Part shown: one piece after another, positions 62,741 to 64,000 of the stretch
Position numbering within the stretch: the first letter of the stretch is position 1
Layout of the letters: each line of letters begins with the position of its first letter
Assembly: GCA_018693105.1 (NCBI GenBank)
Contig: JABHLN010000002.1
Coordinates: 5,172-69,171 of the forward strand
Length of the DNA stretch: 64,000 nt
Reading direction: 5' to 3'
Source of the DNA: Desulfobacterales bacterium
Lineage (GTDB): Bacteria; Desulfobacterota; Desulfobacteria; Desulfobacterales; SURF-7
Program-made: the position numbers and the translations under genes
Notes under the pieces: generated by a model
Database searches by the model: none
Seen by the model: only the letters and a program-made list of their open reading frames with translations
What the model was told of the DNA's origin: nothing

Positions 62741-63856
62741 ATGACAACAAAACGAGATTACTATGAAGTCCTGGGAGTCGGTACCAATGCCGACGACAAT
62801 GAAATAAAATCATCCTATCGAAAACTCGCATTAAAATATCACCCGGACAGAAACCCGGATAATAAAGAAGCCGAAGATAAATTCAAAGAAGCTGCAGAAG
62901 CTTATGAAGTCCTCAGGGATGCTCAGAAACGCCAGATCTATGACCAGTATGGGCATCAGGGACTTGAAGGCACCGGTTTCTCAGGGTTTGGCGGATTTGA
63001 TGATATTGCCTCAAGTTTCGGGGATATTTTCGAAGAATTTTTTGGTTTCGGATCCAAAAGGCGCACACAAAATCGAAGACAGCGAGGGTCTGATTTACGT
63101 TATGATCTGACCATTGATTTTATGGATGCAGCTTTTGGAACTGAAACTGAGATAGATCTTGAAAAAATGGAGTTATGTCCTTCATGCGAAGGCAGCAGAT
63201 GTGAGCCTGGAACCAGCCCTGAAAGCTGCGGCCACTGTGAAGGTACCGGTCAGGTTTCCAGAGTACAGGGTTTTTTTACTGTAAGGACCACATGCCCCTA
63301 CTGCAGAGGCAACGGCCAGACCATAGTCAGTCCCTGCAATGAATGCAGCGGAAGAGGACAGATTCATGTAAGTAAAAAGGTCGCATTGAAAATACCAGCA
63401 GGAGTAGATACCGGTTCAAGGCTCCGCCTTACCGGTGAAGGTGAAGCTGGATCTAACGGCGGTCCTCATGGTGATCTTTATGTATTCATTAACGTAAAAC
63501 CCCATAAGGTTTTTCAACGGAACAATTATGATGTGATGTGCGTCATCCAGATTTCATTTGTTCAGGCAGCCCTTGGTGACAGGGTGACCGTTCAGACACT
63601 GAAAGGTGAAAAGTCGCTGGATATACCTAAAGGAACCCAATACGGTGACACTTTTCGCCTAAGAGGCGAGGGGATCCCATCCCTTCGAGACACTAGCAGG
63701 GGTGACCAGATAATTCAGGTTGATGTAAAAACTCCTACAAACCTGAACAAAAAACAGGAAGAGATACTTAAAGAATTTGCAAAGCTTGATTCTGACAAAC
63801 TATCCAGCAAATTAAAAAATTTACTTAAAGGTAATTCATCAAAAAAGGCACAATAA
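62741..63856 (+). CDS. dnaJ: molecular chaperone DnaJ (type I, with zinc-finger domain)
   Basis: J domain DYYEVLGV...[13 protein letters not shown], a G/F region and four CxxCxGxG repeats. Confidence 0.9.
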   Translation: MTTKRDYYEVLGVGTNADDNEIKSSYRKLALKYHPDRNPDNKEAEDKFKEAAEAYEVLRDAQKRQIYDQYGHQGLEGTGFSGFGGFDDIASSFGDIFEEFFGFGSKRRTQNRRQRGSDLRYDLTIDFMDAAFGTETEIDLEKMELCPSCEGSRCEPGTSPESCGHCEGTGQVSRVQGFFTVRTTCPYCRGNGQTIVSPCNECSGRGQIHVSKKVALKIPAGVDTGSRLRLTGEGEAGSNGGPHGDLYVFINVKPHKVFQRNNYDVMCVIQISFVQAALGDRVTVQTLKGEKSLDIPKGTQYGDTFRLRGEGIPSLRDTSRGDQIIQVDVKTPTNLNKKQEEILKEFAKLDSDKLSSKLKNLLKGNSSKKAQ

Positions 63857-63888
63857 TATCATAAAATAAAAACGGAGAACTTAACAAT

Positions 63889-64000
63889 ATGTTTGAAATA
63901 AAGGTTCTATCTCATTTTGCAGCAGCACATAAACTGCAGATGGTTGCCAAAAAATGCGAAAATCTTCACGGTCATAACTGGAAAATAGAATCCTGCGTAG
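63889..64000 (+). CDS. queD: 6-carboxytetrahydropterin synthase QueD, partial (N-terminal 37 codons)
   Basis: Manual translation gives MFEIKVLSHFAAAHKLQMVAKKCENLHGHNWKIESCV. The pattern FSAAH.L....KC..LHGHN is the QueD/PTPS signature. The gene runs off the window. Confidence 0.7.
   Translation, partial: MFEIKVLSHFAAAHKLQMVAKKCENLHGHNWKIESCV

Overview
This is a 64-kb chromosomal window from a low-GC, apparently anaerobic bacterium. Gene content looks Desulfobacterales-like, but that is inference only. All product calls come from motifs I recognise in the supplied translations or in my own manual translations; no search was run.

Backbone genes: alr (partial), queF, a TIGR01212-type radical SAM gene, mnmG, a cbpA-like J-protein gene, hpt, ddl, a purD-purE fusion, tsaC, dnaX-ybaB-recR, murI, ppiD, mpl, an acyl-CoA ligase gene, rlpA, nadB, dnaJ and queD (partial). 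There are five tRNA genes: Val-GAC, CAT (Met or Ile2), Leu-CAA, Ser-GGA and Ala-GGC.

Accessory and unusual content:
1. tRNA-Val is followed by two further orphan copies of its 3' 45 nt, at 5256 and 16441. They delimit two tandem island-like segments with no integrase and a decayed mazEF remnant.
2. The larger segment carries a tight minus-strand operon: YidC-like insertase, cytidylyltransferase-PEP mutase fusion, phosphonopyruvate decarboxylase, Fe-alcohol dehydrogenase, TagF-like transferase, LtaS/sulfatase-like membrane protein and a GT-C glycosyltransferase. I read this as a CMP-hydroxyethylphosphonate pathway feeding the cell envelope rather than an antibiotic.
3. A 669-aa protein with an N-terminal TIR-like domain and TPR-like repeats is flanked by about 118-nt hairpin-bearing direct repeats next to tRNA-Ala. 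It is a candidate single-gene defence cassette.
4. A radical SAM/SPASM maturase lies 26 nt downstream of a membrane protein whose G/Y/H/D-rich tail ends in CGGCGD.
5. Eight copies of a roughly 77-155-nt MITE-like repeat with terminal inverted repeats occupy intergenic regions. Its internal stem shows compensatory changes, and several copies touch start or stop codons.
6. Other items: an acidic 111-bp tandem-repeat protein and a metallo-beta-lactamase/cNMP-binding/hemerythrin multidomain protein.

No rRNA, CRISPR array, transposase or integrase was found.
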